Positions 11,168 through 24,410 of a DNA stretch of 64,000 bases are shown piece by piece. The number at the start of each line of letters is the position of its first letter. Positions within the stretch are counted from its first letter, which is position 1. A program made the position numbers and the translations under genes. The stretch is from Macrostomum lignano. Its lineage: Eukaryota. Location: NCBI GenBank assembly GCA_002269645.1, contig NIVC01000180.1, forward strand, positions 186,001 through 250,000, written 5' to 3'. Under the pieces are notes generated by a model. That model searched no databases. It worked only from the letters and a program-made list of their open reading frames with translations, and was not told the origin of the DNA.

Positions 11168-13138
11168 GTTGAAAGCTAATTGAGCACGATGCTAACTATA
11201 AAATTATAAACCTGAACCAGCGTTTCAATTTAATTTGGTGGAGTAACACTAATCGGGTGATTTGTGACCATTTTTTGCTTTCGCTCCCTAATTTTATTTT
11301 TAATCACTGAATACACGATAGTTTGCGCATCCTTGAGTCTCGCAGGGAGGCTCGGAGTGAATCAGAACTACTGAGAGTGCCCATGCTTTCACATCTGGAC
11401 TTCGTTTGTGCAGAAAGCTGCGTCTAAAACTGACTGATTTTAGGCCCGAGATGCAGCAGACTTGATTTCCCCTGGGCCCCCATGAAAGATTTTCCGATGT
11501 CAAATATTTGCTAAGCAGCTCAAGCCAGGTTTCTTCACGAGAATATTTTGTCACTTTGAATAGCGTCTCAACCGGAGACACAGACGGTTGGTGGACACGA
11601 CAGAACAACTTTTGAGTTTCGATTCAATCAGTTCGTAAAAAGTTCACATTCGATAAGCGGATGTCAACTTATAAGCTCCTGAAGCTCCAGACTTTCAGAA
11701 AATTCGACTATCGAAATCCTAACAGCACCAGGCAAGGACCTAAAGGAACCTGGTCATAGTCAATTTGGTCCGGAACAATTTACTCGTGGCTTCATACCTT
11801 TAGTCTCCATCCACATCTCTATCTTCTCCATCTCCATCCATAGAAAATTTCTGTATTCAAGTGTCTTTTAAAACACCATTGTCCTTCTATTCGTTCATAT
11901 CGAGCTGAATTCATATGGACGCTAGAGTAGCTGTCTAAGCTACATGTACAATTTTGATTGCTTCAATGCCGGTACTTTGACGCATATAAAAGTAAACCGA
12001 AAGGTCGCCTTTTGGTCATTTAAGAGCCGCTACAAGTGGACTTGGTTAGGACCTGGTATTCCCTGGTTAAGCCTTGACGCATTCAAGTAGAACATAAAAA
12101 CACGAGAAAACCCTTCGAAGTGCGAACGAGAAATCCGCCAGCCTGGCAGGGCTTATCGGCAGAAGCGACGCAGAGCTAGCAGTTTTACGCAGACAGATAA
12201 TGATCTAACATCCTTGTCGGCACTTGGGAAGCTCTCTGACATTTGATGTGTCGCAGAGAGAGATGGATGAGGCGCTACGCCACGGGTTCAGTCCGCGGGG
12301 CGCAAACATTTTGCCCGTGTAATCCCTAGATATACTATGGAGTCAGTGCGCGACGATTTTCTGCTGAGTTTGAGGCTTAGATCAACCTCTCCTGACCATG
12401 GACACCTCAAGCTAGAAATCTGGACTGCAGCTCCGAGCCCTTGCAGTGGTAGAGCTACAACTTTATGCCTACAGCAAATAAAACAAATTTATAGGGTGAT
12501 TTACGCAGCATTTCTTAGTATATTACTAATAACTAACTAAGTAATGACTTTCCTTATTTCCTTTTTGTGGGTTTTGATTGGTTTATTCAGCTTTAAAATA
12601 AATTCTTAGATTAACTACGAGCGTACGTTTCAACATTCCAGGGTCTGAATTGTTTAAAAGTCGAAAAATTAGTGAGCCTCCTGGTCCTGAATCTCTCCTT
12701 AGGACTCCATGGTCCTGACTAAACTGATTCTTGCAGAGGCCTTAGCGTTGATAATATAGCAATAGACCTGGCGCAGCTAGTAGGGAGCAACAACACGCAG
12801 CTGAGGAAAACGTTCGCGATCCTGCATGATTGGCCGGCCGAACAACCCCAGCCGATCCCAGTCCGAGTTCCCACTCTACTGGCAAGCGCCAATCAGCTTG
12901 GCCGCCCTCCTCTCTGGGGCTATCGTTAACATTTATAGCTGCAAAAACAGTCATTCGGGCCTGCATTCAGGATCTCTGCAATAGGAAAAATTGGACCAAG
13001 GCAGAAGTGAAGGAACGAAAAAGAGTCCAAAGAAGGAAAAGCAAAGGGTTGTTGGATTCGCGAGGGCGCGAGTTCAGAAGCAGCACGTTGAAATCGAGCT
13101 AAAAACGTTGCTTAATCCAGTTTGCAGAGATCAACAAG

Positions 13139-16100
13139 ATGACAACTCAGTTGAGTTTAGTATTGGCTCTAGTTACCTGGACTCAGCTCCCTCTGGTAAT
13201 TGGACACAGTGACGTTCCACTGCCCAAGCTCCGCAGCCACACATTCAGCACAGCTGCGAACCGGTCCAATGAGAAACTGCTGATCGAGATGCTGGTTGAC
13301 CGATACAGGAGCACCGGCCTGCGTGGGCGGCCCGTCTTCAACGCCAGCGACACAGTTTCAGTCGCCTTTGGCCTGGCCATCATTCAGATTTTGGACCTGG
13401 ACGAGAACCGGCAGTTCCTGCGCACCAACTGCTGGCAGCGCTACTCCTGGACAGACCCGCTGCTGGAGTGGGACTCTTGGAACAACACCAACTTCCAGAA
13501 CATCACGCAGCTCCGCCTGTACCCCGAGCTGGTGTGGACGCCGGACATTCGGCTATTCAACTTCGCCGACACGCGGCTGAAGGAGCATCGAATGGCTCGG
13601 GTTGTGGTGTACTCCAGCGGCAGCGTGTTGTGGGTTCCGCAGAGTCTGTTCAAGAGCACCTGCCCCGTGGAGATCGAGTACTTCCCGTTCGACACCCAGA
13701 CCTGCGACCTGGAGTTCGGGTCGTGGACCTACGATGTGACGCAGATTAACTTGACGTGGTTTGGATTTGAGGTAAGTGAAATTCGCTAGTTTAGAGGCGC
13801 GAAAACAAATATATATTGTCTCTTTCATTCAATATCAAAAGAACCTTTATTCGATGAACGGTCAAATAATTTTCGACACAAATGAAAAGTGAAAACAGTA
13901 AGGCATTGGCAAAGAATCCCGGTTAGCGGGATTGGCTCTTTTTTGGTCTCAAACTGCAAAAGAAACTGGCTGATTCCAAAAGGCTTCAAAAGAATTCAAA
14001 GGGCTTGACCTCGGGTCGATGAGGAAGGCTTTGAATAGACAGTGGAAAGTCATGGACTTGGCCTATCAAAGTCGGCATTAAGTCTCCTGGCTTGAAACTC
14101 TTCTGTGCTTATGAGGAAGTGAGATGACAAGAAACCTTGTAATAGCATTTGAAAATTGGAAAATATTGGGATGGAGACGGCTTTGATACCAAATTTTCAA
14201 TGCGGAAATGCATAGAAAGTACCGCTTTTATAAAACTAAAAATTTCACAGCTAGCTCTTATAAACCACTGCTACTAACTCCAGTTTTTCCGCATTGAATT
14301 ACTTGCTTTGAACTAGTTAAGCCAGCTGCAGAGAAAAACAGCAGCAAACGGTGATTGATGGAGTTCTGTTAGTTGCCAGGTGCGGTTACTGCGCTTGTCA
14401 ATCATGTCCCCCTGACCACCTGTCATCGCGTCTTCTGCGCAAGGCTGTGCAGAACTTCAGTTCAAGACGCGGACTCGGAGCAGCGGAACACTGCAAGGAT
14501 TCCCCTGGGAACTGGCCTCTCCAGTTCGGGCTTCGCTGCAGCGGAAGGCCGGGCCAGAAATTGTGAAGCCCTCCGTCGCACCTTTTGCCTGAAATTTCTA
14601 AGAAAACCATTAAATCTGATGCGTCAGAAAGTTACCTTAGAAGCATTCAGAAAAAAAGTAAATATTCTATATTTAGCTAATGGCTATTTAAACTTCTTTC
14701 GTAATGGGATGCTCCATTTGGAAATCCTGTAAATTGCACTAAGACCTGCTGCGCAGTACATTGCATCGTCAGCGAGGTTGGGATTTTTCGGGGGCTAAAT
14801 TTGTCTCAGCTCGCGGATTAAGTTCAGACAAAAACACATGATTTTAAAAATTGTTTTCTTTGAAATTCAGAAGTTTTAAAGGGGAGATACGAGCGTTTTG
14901 GTCAATCCGGTGCTAAGAAAAAGCAGAAAGCTCCCCATTTTGCGAGTTTGGCGTCCAAATGTTCAGGGAGAGCCAAGATGTATCGCAGAATGAGTCTCAA
15001 TGATGGCGCACTCGATGGCCTAAAAAGCACGTGAAACAGCAGCCACTGATAGGGCCTATTCGGTGTTCGATCGGAGGGGCCTGCAGTCAAAACAAATAAT
15101 GCGGGATTCCGCTTGGCCAACAAGTGGAACCCAGTGGGAAAGGTTGCCCCCCCCGTAGATAGCAGCACAGGAGCGGGCCCGAGATCAAGGAGCTGCCCAC
15201 CGAATCAGCGCAACACTATTGGAAAGTGATTAATCTCCAGCTGCACATCACAATGCACGCAACAGGGGTGCAGTGGCTCTCCATCTCTGATTATGTCTGT
15301 TTATCCGATCCCCAACTGGCCCACTCTCTCGACCCAGTCGCTGCATTATATGCCTCGCTGGCTCTCTGGGCCTGCCCAGTTTCCTTGCCTTCGGAAGTAA
15401 GAAGCGATCCACTTGTGCGTGGCTGGCGGCATGGGAAATCCAAGCCCCGGATTCCTCGGGCCGCTTCCTTGTCGCGAAGGCCAGTAAAATACCGGCAAAG
15501 CTCGCACAGACAATACAACAAGGTGGGCGGGCTAACTTGGATTGCGCCATTTTTGTAGAGGGGAGACGGGCTAAAGGTAAAAATATCTACCGCAGGCTCT
15601 GCAGGCAAAGCCATTGGCCAAGCCGAGAATTGCCTGACATGTGACCTCCCGAAACTATTTGAAATAATATGCTGTTAATCTTTAGTTCTCCGATTCCAGG
15701 CTTCTAAGTTACTTTGCCTGTCTCTACTAAAAAGATTACGTAAAGTTATGTAAAATAGTTCCTATAGTCTCTTTTAGCTCCCATGTAACTGTGAAAATCT
15801 TTAAACAGAAGAGCCAGTAAGAAATGTGAATTTTTTTGCAATAATTGTACGCAAATCAGCTGCCCCATCATTAGAAGCTGCTTCGTGGCTGAAAATCCGA
15901 AGACAAGTAAAATTAGCAAATTGGGTCGCTCCCGGCGGGGCCCCAAGATGTCTGCTCGGGACTGACCCGGAAGTGCTCCAGCCCAGACTGCATTATCCAA
16001 AGGTCTTCCCAGCTGTGTACGGATAGAATTAGCAGGTTGGCCCTCCAACGCCCCCGGGGACTGTCGCTCGCAGGCCGGACCACCCAGGAACAGTCGCATG

Positions 16101-19047
16101 GAGCAGGGAGAGAATCTGTCACTGTTCCCCCGAAACTTGTTCCCCATATTGGTGCAGTGCAGCGGACCACGCTGCATAGGGGGCCGCATTTATGCAGACA
16201 TAGCGAGTGGCCATACAATTTTCTCATCTTCCAACCCGAAAGCCGGCCCCGAGTGCGACAGGCCCGCTGTGGACCCTCAGGCGGATGATCGGTTGACATC
16301 GTAAATCTGTCCCGGGATAAATGGCTGGCGCTCAGCCCAGCCGCCCCCTACATCTCGATCCTCCAATTGTCAATTTGTGATACTGCGGCTGCCTCAAATT
16401 CAGTCCGGAGCGGAATCCCTGATCTGCGGATAATAAATATATTGTAGAGCTGCGCGGGCCACATATGGCTACTATTATCAAATTACTGAATACGTTTATG
16501 CGAGTATTATTACGCAATTACAAGTTAGGTTTGGTCAATGTTTGGGGTGCTGGTTAGTCAGTTTGCATGGCGAATTTAGACCCCCCTGACGCAAGCCACT
16601 GGTCCCTTGAGCGCGTACACACAGACGCATATAACGTACGCCCAAACTTTCCCATCGGTATGCGCATATTTTGTACAACTCCATATATTGGGAGTTGATC
16701 CTCATGAATTTGAATGAATCGTTCGACAAGCTCCTTCTACCGGCGAGAGCCAGGCGCCGGTTCGCATTTCCGCCAGTAGCATCAACCTGTTTTAAAATTG
16801 ACGAGTATTTGAGTTAATCTTCCACCTGGATTTCCTGCTTGAATCTCTGGACCCAGCATCCTAAATCATCATAAGCTTACAATGGAGGCACCAGCATTGT
16901 GTTTTTACCCATTGACGAGATTTATGGGGCGCAGTTATCGATCATCTCTGCCATTCGCGTAATGACCGTCTCAGGGACAGCAGCAAACTCTGTCTTCATT
17001 GTATTGACCAACCGATGCATCGGATAGCAGTTTTAGCTCGAAAAAAGATGGGAAAACTTCCTGACGAAATTTCGCGATAAATGATTTCGGAAATGACCCA
17101 CTTTCTGACCACAGAACGCAATGAGGAAATCAATGATTATTGGTTTGGCCTGAATGTTATTGAATAATTGAGAAAAAATGGTGCGCCTCGACCTCCGCAA
17201 CGAAGAATCAGTCACTGACAGTTCTACCCGGCGAGTTCTGCTGAGTGCTGAGTCACTGGGTATTATCCTTGCTTAAACTCGGACTCATGCAGCCAGACGA
17301 ATCCAAACCCAATCCAAAGCGAAAGAGAGAAGACAGCTGTATATCTGACTCTGCAGCGCCAACGGCAAGGCCACAATTTAGCCTGGGCTGCTCCACGAGA
17401 CTGCTTTCAGAGGAAAACAGATTGCTAGAGAGTGAAAGCGAAGGAAAGGAAAAAGATGCCCCACCCTGCAGTTTCTGGCGCATGGAAAACTGAAAATTGA
17501 GTTTTGCCTTCATCCCCTTCATCTGGGTAGCTCTGTGATCACAGCAGCGGAAGCCGCAGCTGCCCCCCAGACCTCTCCAGCGCCCCATCTTCGTGCACAG
17601 AGGGCAGCTTGCTCTCCAAGACATTTTCCTGAGATTTGGGGACTGCAAAGTCTCCGCAAGCATGTGTTTACAGGAAAATGTTCCGCTTGCCCGCAGCTGT
17701 AGGCCAGGTCAGGGGCACCCATGCCTGCGAGTCTTTCGGATTGAATTGTTCGTAGCAAAGTGTTTAGGAGTGTCATTTAACCATAATCGGATCCTCTGGC
17801 TCACTATGCATGGTTGATATTTCTATCAGCATTTATCAAGCTCGAAACTTTTCCAGGCTTGAAAGGCAGTCACTTGCTGATGGACTGGGCTTGACTTGAC
17901 AATGCCTGTAACGATATGAACTTTAGAGCCTGTGCAACCCCATCAGTTCCCCCAAGTTCCTTGTCTTTGTTACTGTAAAAAAATCACAGCTATTCAAGTA
18001 CTCTGGATATGAGCAACTGCAACTCAAATTCCATTGCAGTACGAGCCGAATGTGTACGAGCCGAACCCCTACATCGATTTCACCAACTACATCAAGAGTC
18101 CCGAGTGGATCACCGATGGCCAGGACGACTTTCGAATCCGGCCGTCGGAGCGGCGACGCCAGATCCGCTCCCGGATGGAGTGCAAGAACATCACCTTCAA
18201 GGGCCCGGACGGCCGCTCGCACAGTCAAGTTTTCCAGCGCTTGGTGTTTAAAATACGCATTCATAGAAACCCGGATTTCTACTTGTCCATTCTGGTGCTT
18301 CCCTGCATCCTCATGTCCTGTCTTACCTGGGTCATTTTCTGGCTGCCACCCGAGTCGCCAGCAAAGATGCTACTCGGAATGAACATCTTCGTGGCCTTCT
18401 TTATCCTCATGATTCTGCTGGCCAAGACCACCCCCAGTGCAGTGGGCACTTTTCCTAAGATCGGCTACTTCTATGGGCTCAACATGGTGATGATCACGCT
18501 GAGCACCTTTCTAGCTGCCATTGTGCTGAACCTGTACATGCGAGCAGACAGAAGGGGCCGCATGAGTCCCGTGCTGCGGCTGCTCATCCTCGAGGGCCTC
18601 GGCCGGCTGTTCCTCGTCCGTCAAGCGGTTCCATTGAAGCCGGCCACTCGGAAGTTGTTGTCCGAGCGGCTGCCAACGTCCTCAGCTGCTTCTCCGGTTT
18701 CGACGGCCGCCGCAGCCGCTCGCAAGGCCCGCCGGCACCGGCTGGAAGCCCCGCCGGGCGAGGCCGAGCGCGACTCGCCGTTGCTCCCGTGTGGCTGTGT
18801 CGAGCGAGAGGTGCGGGAGATCCGGCAGTTTCTCAAGGCGCACGTCGGCCGGCTGAAGGAGCGGGACAAGCGCAACCAGGCCTGCATGGAGTGGCGCACC
18901 CTGGCCATCGTGCTGGACCGCCTGTTCTTCACTGCCTACGTGCTGTGCATCGTCTCCTCTGTGGTCGTCCTCATACCGAGGTCGCACCAGGCAATTACGA
19001 ACAGCGCAGTGACAAACGAAGCAGACTGTCTAGCGGTGTCGCGGTGA
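13139..19047 (+). CDS. Nicotinic acetylcholine receptor-like Cys-loop subunit, non-alpha, predicted anion-selective (ACC-type), ~546 aa
   Basis: Exons 13139-13771 and 18040-19047 (phase 0; GTAAGT donor, TTGCAG acceptor). Signal peptide, WTPDIRL, Cys-loop CPVEIEYFPFDTQTC, GSWTYD, four TM helices, M1-M2 linker PPESPAK, M4 LDRLFF. Confidence 0.92.
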
Positions 19048-21286
19048 GACCGTGCAGAGACTCCTGGCCTTGTGCGTTCCGACCTTGTGCCTTCCGTGTC
19101 CGTAGCTGCTGAGGCGTGATTGAATGCCATCAGTTGGTTGCGGCTTCATTTGCCATTTCAATCGACTCTTAGGCCCTGATCTCTAGCGATGACCGAATTA
19201 TGCTCTCCATTTGTCGGTGTCCGAAGATTTATTTCTGTTTGTTTTTCGTGAGCAAACAGGAGTCGATTGAAATGATAAGATTTTTTGTGACACCCGTTAT
19301 TGGATATCATAATTAGATCAAAGTATGAGGGCTGTTATGTAGAAGTGATGCAACACTCCTAAAACTGAAGAATTTAGAAAAGATACCCAAAAAGATGCAA
19401 GCAGATTCTCTGAAAATGTTTTGGTTCGGGATAACCGTAGAATATGGCAGTATCGCATACGTTTTGTGATTGACAATAATTGTGATTGTGACTGTGACTA
19501 CTGACAAAATGCTTCGTAACTCGTGAATCTTCAACGGTAAAATGCCCGAATTAGTGATGGAATTCGGCACTGACAATGTCGATTTTGCCAAATTGCATTG
19601 CCGGCAATTCAGTTAATAAAATATCTATTAATATATAGAATTTTGAATTGAATTTTTATTTCAAGGTCAAGGACCGCCAGTAAGCACTCTGTAACTGGAA
19701 ATGGCACTTATGTCTGATGTTCCTAATTGGTAAAGCATCCTCCGCTTCAGACCGTCCCGCTGATAATTGCAATATCGAAATATCCCGTTTTTTATCCGCA
19801 ATTTTTCTGCTGTCTTTGCTTATGGAAACCGCGTGTACAATAAACGTTCTTTATTACGGACCAATCGTGTGTTAATCAGCGAACCAAATTTAGCAGAGTT
19901 TGTTGACATTTGCAACTGTACATAATTGACAATTTTGCTGATAACTGCAGCCTAATTCTGGCTGTCGCGCTGTCTGTCTGTGCTTTTATTGCCCGCTGCT
20001 GGGCTTTATGGCCCAGACCAGTGTCAGCATTCTAGCTTCTCCGATACTGGAAGTCCTGCCAGCAGTGGGCAGTAAGCGGGCCAGGATTAGCGCCCAATAC
20101 GCGAGCCAGATCGCCCCTCTCTAGCCTGACCGCGCTCCCGGCCGTGAACTCCGACCCTCCACTCGACTCTCTGGTAGCGCGGCCACTCGAGTCCTGTCAG
20201 TTGCGCTGATCCGCGCACAAATTTTCTGCTTTCTGTTGCAGGGGTTGGGGTGGGGGGCGTTTATGACGGCTGCTCCGGCCGGCTGCCGCGTCTCATTTAT
20301 TTGTACTCTTCCGCGCTCCTCGACTTTAAGTGTCTAGACACTGCTCTGCAGCCAGCTATAGCTGCTCAATAGGTGCCTCAGAATAGAATCGGCTTAAATG
20401 CGCAGGAGCTCGGATCTTGAAATCACCATGAACAGCTTCAATGAGGCGTCAGTGATTGAGTGAGAGCCTTGATGAGCAGTTGATTTCGATTAAAATTTCA
20501 CGATGACCAAAATGATAGCTTTGTAAGGGCAGTAGTAAATTTGAGGTTTTGAGCAGTTTTCAATGAATTTTCAATGGGCATGCGGCAAGCTCTTAAGTAC
20601 CCAATAGTATGCATGGTCTCTTCTCTTTTTGGCCTGTTTGATAAATCAGAATCTCCAGAAATGTTTGGTCGATGGTATTCAATGCATATTTTTGACTGCT
20701 TTCAATTCAAAGAAGTACATAAAGAAAAGTTTTATGGCTTATTTTGTCTACATCTATACTCAGCAACATTGAAAAGTCGCCACGGCCGTTTGCGCCAGTG
20801 AGCAGGGATTTTAGACCAGCGTCTATCACCTGGCCAATCATGTTGATATTAAAAAATGCTTGAAAAAAACAATGAAAACCGGGCGGAAGCTTCAATCCAT
20901 TCAGCCTTCGCCCTCCGCTCTTCCCAATCCCTCCTCAGCCAGTCCAAATCTGCGTCGCGTGGCGCAAAAGTCAATACTGAGCTGGAATTTACGACTCTCG
21001 CGATCTCGCGATACGAGAATGACGGCTTTCTAATTTGAATTTGAGTTTTGCCTGAGTTCCCCATTACCCTTAGACAGTTGAGAGTGAAACGAGAAACTGA
21101 TTGAATTGTACTGCCGCTGGCTAGATTAGACGTTGGCTTGTCTAAATTGAAAATTACAATAGATTGGGAAAATGTATTTATAGTTAGCCTAAGCGTGTTG
21201 AACCGGGGAGAAACGCACGGCAGCCCGCCCGCTGCAATTGTCTTTGGCTGACTTCAATAAATAAAAAACTCGTATGCATATAAGTA

Positions 21287-21991
21287 TACCTTTTTACGTT
21301 CTATTTGATAAAAACTGCAACCAATTTGGCCTCGGCTCAGCCTGACCATAGACATAGAATTTTCCATAGACAGCCACCGCTAGCGGCAACCAATTTGGTA
21401 AAAACTGCGAGCTATTTTGCCAGCTTGAAGATAGCAGCTGCTCTGATGGCGAATCGTGGGCCGTACCAAAAGATAAGTCAGCTGGATCGAGAGCGAATCG
21501 TGAGAGCGTACAGGAGTGGCGACGACTGGGGAGAGCTTGGCAGAATGATGGGGATGAAGAAACCGACAGTGAGGAACATCGTGACCACGTATGAACGAAC
21601 TGGTAGAGTCGGCACTGCCAAAAGGAGGAGTGAAGAGGATGGCGCTGACGGAGGCTATGGTGGACACCATTGTTCAATTCGTCGAAGGTCAACCTACTGC
21701 CTCTCACGCCTCTCAAGTGCCTGCGCTGGATCAACCATTCCCAGACGTACTTCAATCGGTGCTTGAATGCTGAGGACATAATGTTCTGACTTCGTGCATG
21801 TATTGTTAACATTCTTTATCGTTATTGTTATGCTATTGAGCTGCTATCTTCAAGCTGGCAAAATAGCTCGCAGTTTTTACCAAATTGGTTGCCGCTAGCG
21901 GTGGCTGTCTATGGAAAATTGCTGCGGCTGCGTCAGGCTGAGCCGTGGCCAAATTGGTTGCAGTTTTTATCAAATAGAACGTAAAAAGGTA
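21287..21991 (+). mobile_element. Internally deleted Tc1/mariner DNA transposon (non-autonomous), ~153-bp TIRs, TA flanks
   Basis: TIRs 21287-21439 and 21839-21991 are near-perfect reverse complements with TA on both sides. The internal ORF from ATG 21446 encodes a Tc1-type N-terminal HTH (YQKISQLDRERIVRAY...KPTVRNIVTTYERTGRV), which is frameshifted and lacks the DDE domain. Confidence 0.9.
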
Positions 21992-24410
21992 TATTTAGTT
22001 AATGTTTTTACAACTTGTATATTTCGACAGTAAAGCTTAATACCATAGACAACAGCATACATAAACAACATAAAACTTTATCAGTTGCTTATTATCATTT
22101 TTCGACTCACAAAATAAGGAGTTTTGGCCATAGACAATTTCTTAGATTTCTTTCTTTCTTTTTCTAGAGTGCTGGCGTGCCAAGAGTGTGCTTAGCGCCC
22201 CCTTGACCCCGCTCTCTTCTGACTTTGCCAGAAGTAAATGGGATTTTACCATAGACAGTCTCAAAGGGCCCCGCTAACTATAACACTAATATAGATGGGC
22301 TGCAGACGGCAGAAATGAGCTACAATGCAGAGGCGCGTAGCTTTGTGTAATGTCCACAGACTTTTCCTCTTTTGAAGTTATTTAAATTTAACACTAAGAA
22401 TAGATTTACAATATTCGAATTGATTGACTGTCGCTCTGCTTGGTAGTTGACGATGAGTAAGGCAGACCTACCCTCGATTCCCATGGCCTCCAGTCCCAGG
22501 ACACCGCATCGCATTCCCTCAACTCCTTTGCCCAGTAGTGCATGCTTTTGTCTCTGCTCTGTCCACCCCGCTCATGCTCGCGTCCAGCTCTCCTTGCGCA
22601 GATCTGAGCATCCCCAGACCAACTGGTTCCGCCTCTGCCCCCTTCGAATTCCTCCAATCCCCCCCCCCGATCTGCCGCTCTAATTTGCATATAAATTCAA
22701 ATTACGCACAACTAAAATGGCTTGACGCCTCCCGCCGTTCAGCTTTGCAGTTTCAGTGCCCGTGCGCAATCAACTTTTCGGCACTGCGCAACGGGGCTGG
22801 CAAAACTTGTTGCACAATGGCACTGAGAACCGCCCACTAAGCTTAGCGCATTGCCCGTCAAGCGCTTCCAGTTAAGCACAGTTGGTCTTGGTTAGTACGC
22901 AGCTGAACAGGCTTGCATTAACTCTTGCTAGCCACAAAATGCATCAAATTTCGCCTATCCTAACCTTAACTATATTCATTGATGCAGGAATATTTCAAGC
23001 ATATACGAGCGTATCATGCACTAATAGCAACTTATGTAAATGTAGGTGCTGGTGCAGTGAGTGTGATATCTCCTAAACATCCATATGCAATGGAATGGAC
23101 TCTCAAGTGTACATGATGACGAAAAAACTCTGTTAGCTCCATGTAACTTGGCAACATATCGCTACATATGTAACTTAAGCCCCGCTGGGCCACTCGCCAT
23201 TCATAGAGCAAGAAGAGCAGCTCCGCTTCCAGCCAAATTTCATCTCCAGGGCAGTACTCATTGCAAGGGGCTATCATATCTTGCGATTGAGACGTCAAAC
23301 TTGCTACCAATGTAATGCGATGCACAAATTAATGCGAAAAACTCTGACGAGACGCCCCATCGAAAGTAGTATCAAAGGAAATGAAATTTCGAGATTTTCC
23401 AATCAACTGAGCTGCAGCTGCTCAGTCACTACTTCAGCGTGCAGCAGATCAGGTATTTCCCTGAAGACGCCCAGGACCAACTCCACGTGAGCTTCCTGCG
23501 ATCACCTTCCTTGCACTTTAACCTGCGCAAAAATGTCAAAGCGGAATTGAAACCAGCATGACTACAAAAGCACTTGAGGCCACTTCTACGTACGTGAAGG
23601 AGGAATTTTGTTTAAATTAAACAAGCAAGAAAATCCGACCTGTCAGCAGTTGAACCTGCGGTGGATGCAAAAATGTGCTTGAAAAGCAGCCGGAGCCCTG
23701 CGAAATCAGAGGCTCTGTGGGCCTCTTGCCAGCAGCCTGTCGAATCCAGTTGAACTCGTTCGCACGAGATAGTTAGCGATTTAGAAAAAGCACTCAAGCT
23801 CACAGCAGGTTAGACACGAGTTTTGACAGATCGAAATTCAGTTTTTAATGAAAAATATTCATTGGCTTTGTGTGTCTACTTGTAGTTGCGTGTATCTAAA
23901 TGGGAGTGCTTAGTTCTGGTCTGATTGGGAGTGCCCAGGTCTGGTCTGACTGGAAATTGTCAGATCCAACAAGTTTCAGGGCAGCTAAGTTAAAATATTT
24001 TTTCTCAAAAGCGGACGCGCAAACTCTTTTCCAACCAAAGGCAGCATGATACCTACCAGTGTCATGTTGGCTTGGCTCATCTCTGCTGTGCACGCCAATT
24101 TATTGGTCGCTGGCCCATCGCCGGCCACTGCTACACTTCCCGCACGCAGCGGTCGCCTTCGACGTCGCGATTGGCCGCTGCCGGCTCTTCGACGGCGAGG
24201 CTGCTGGATTTGTTCGGAGCGGCGGCTGACCGCAAGTCCAGCTGAGACCTCATTTTGAACAAATAATATTTTTGGAGTGAAATAGACAAGTAGAAGGGGA
24301 TTCCAATTGAGTTTAAAAGTAGAAGCGGCATTGCAGAACATTGGTTAATGTATCTGACTATGTGGTATAATCTCTATCTGCCCTGCAGTCTTACCCCACA
24401 TCTTTTACTT

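Noticed and set aside
13772-18039. Nested gene or retroelement in the 4.3-kb receptor intron (several 60-150-aa ORFs)
   Set aside because: I found no RT, integrase, transposase or other recognisable motif, no TIR/LTR pair and no consistent splice chain. A decayed TE cannot be excluded without RepeatMasker/BLASTx.
20849-21064. HTH-like SYREIARVV in a minus-strand ORF near the Tc1 element
   Set aside because: A single short motif outside the TIRs with no further transposase similarity.
22755-22835. Mini-MITE with CAGTGCC...GGCACTG ends
   Set aside because: The inverted match is short and imperfect, with no TA or other TSD.
23032-23490. Protein-looking ORFs on both strands at 23.0-23.5 kb
   Set aside because: No recognisable motif and no convincing linked exons.
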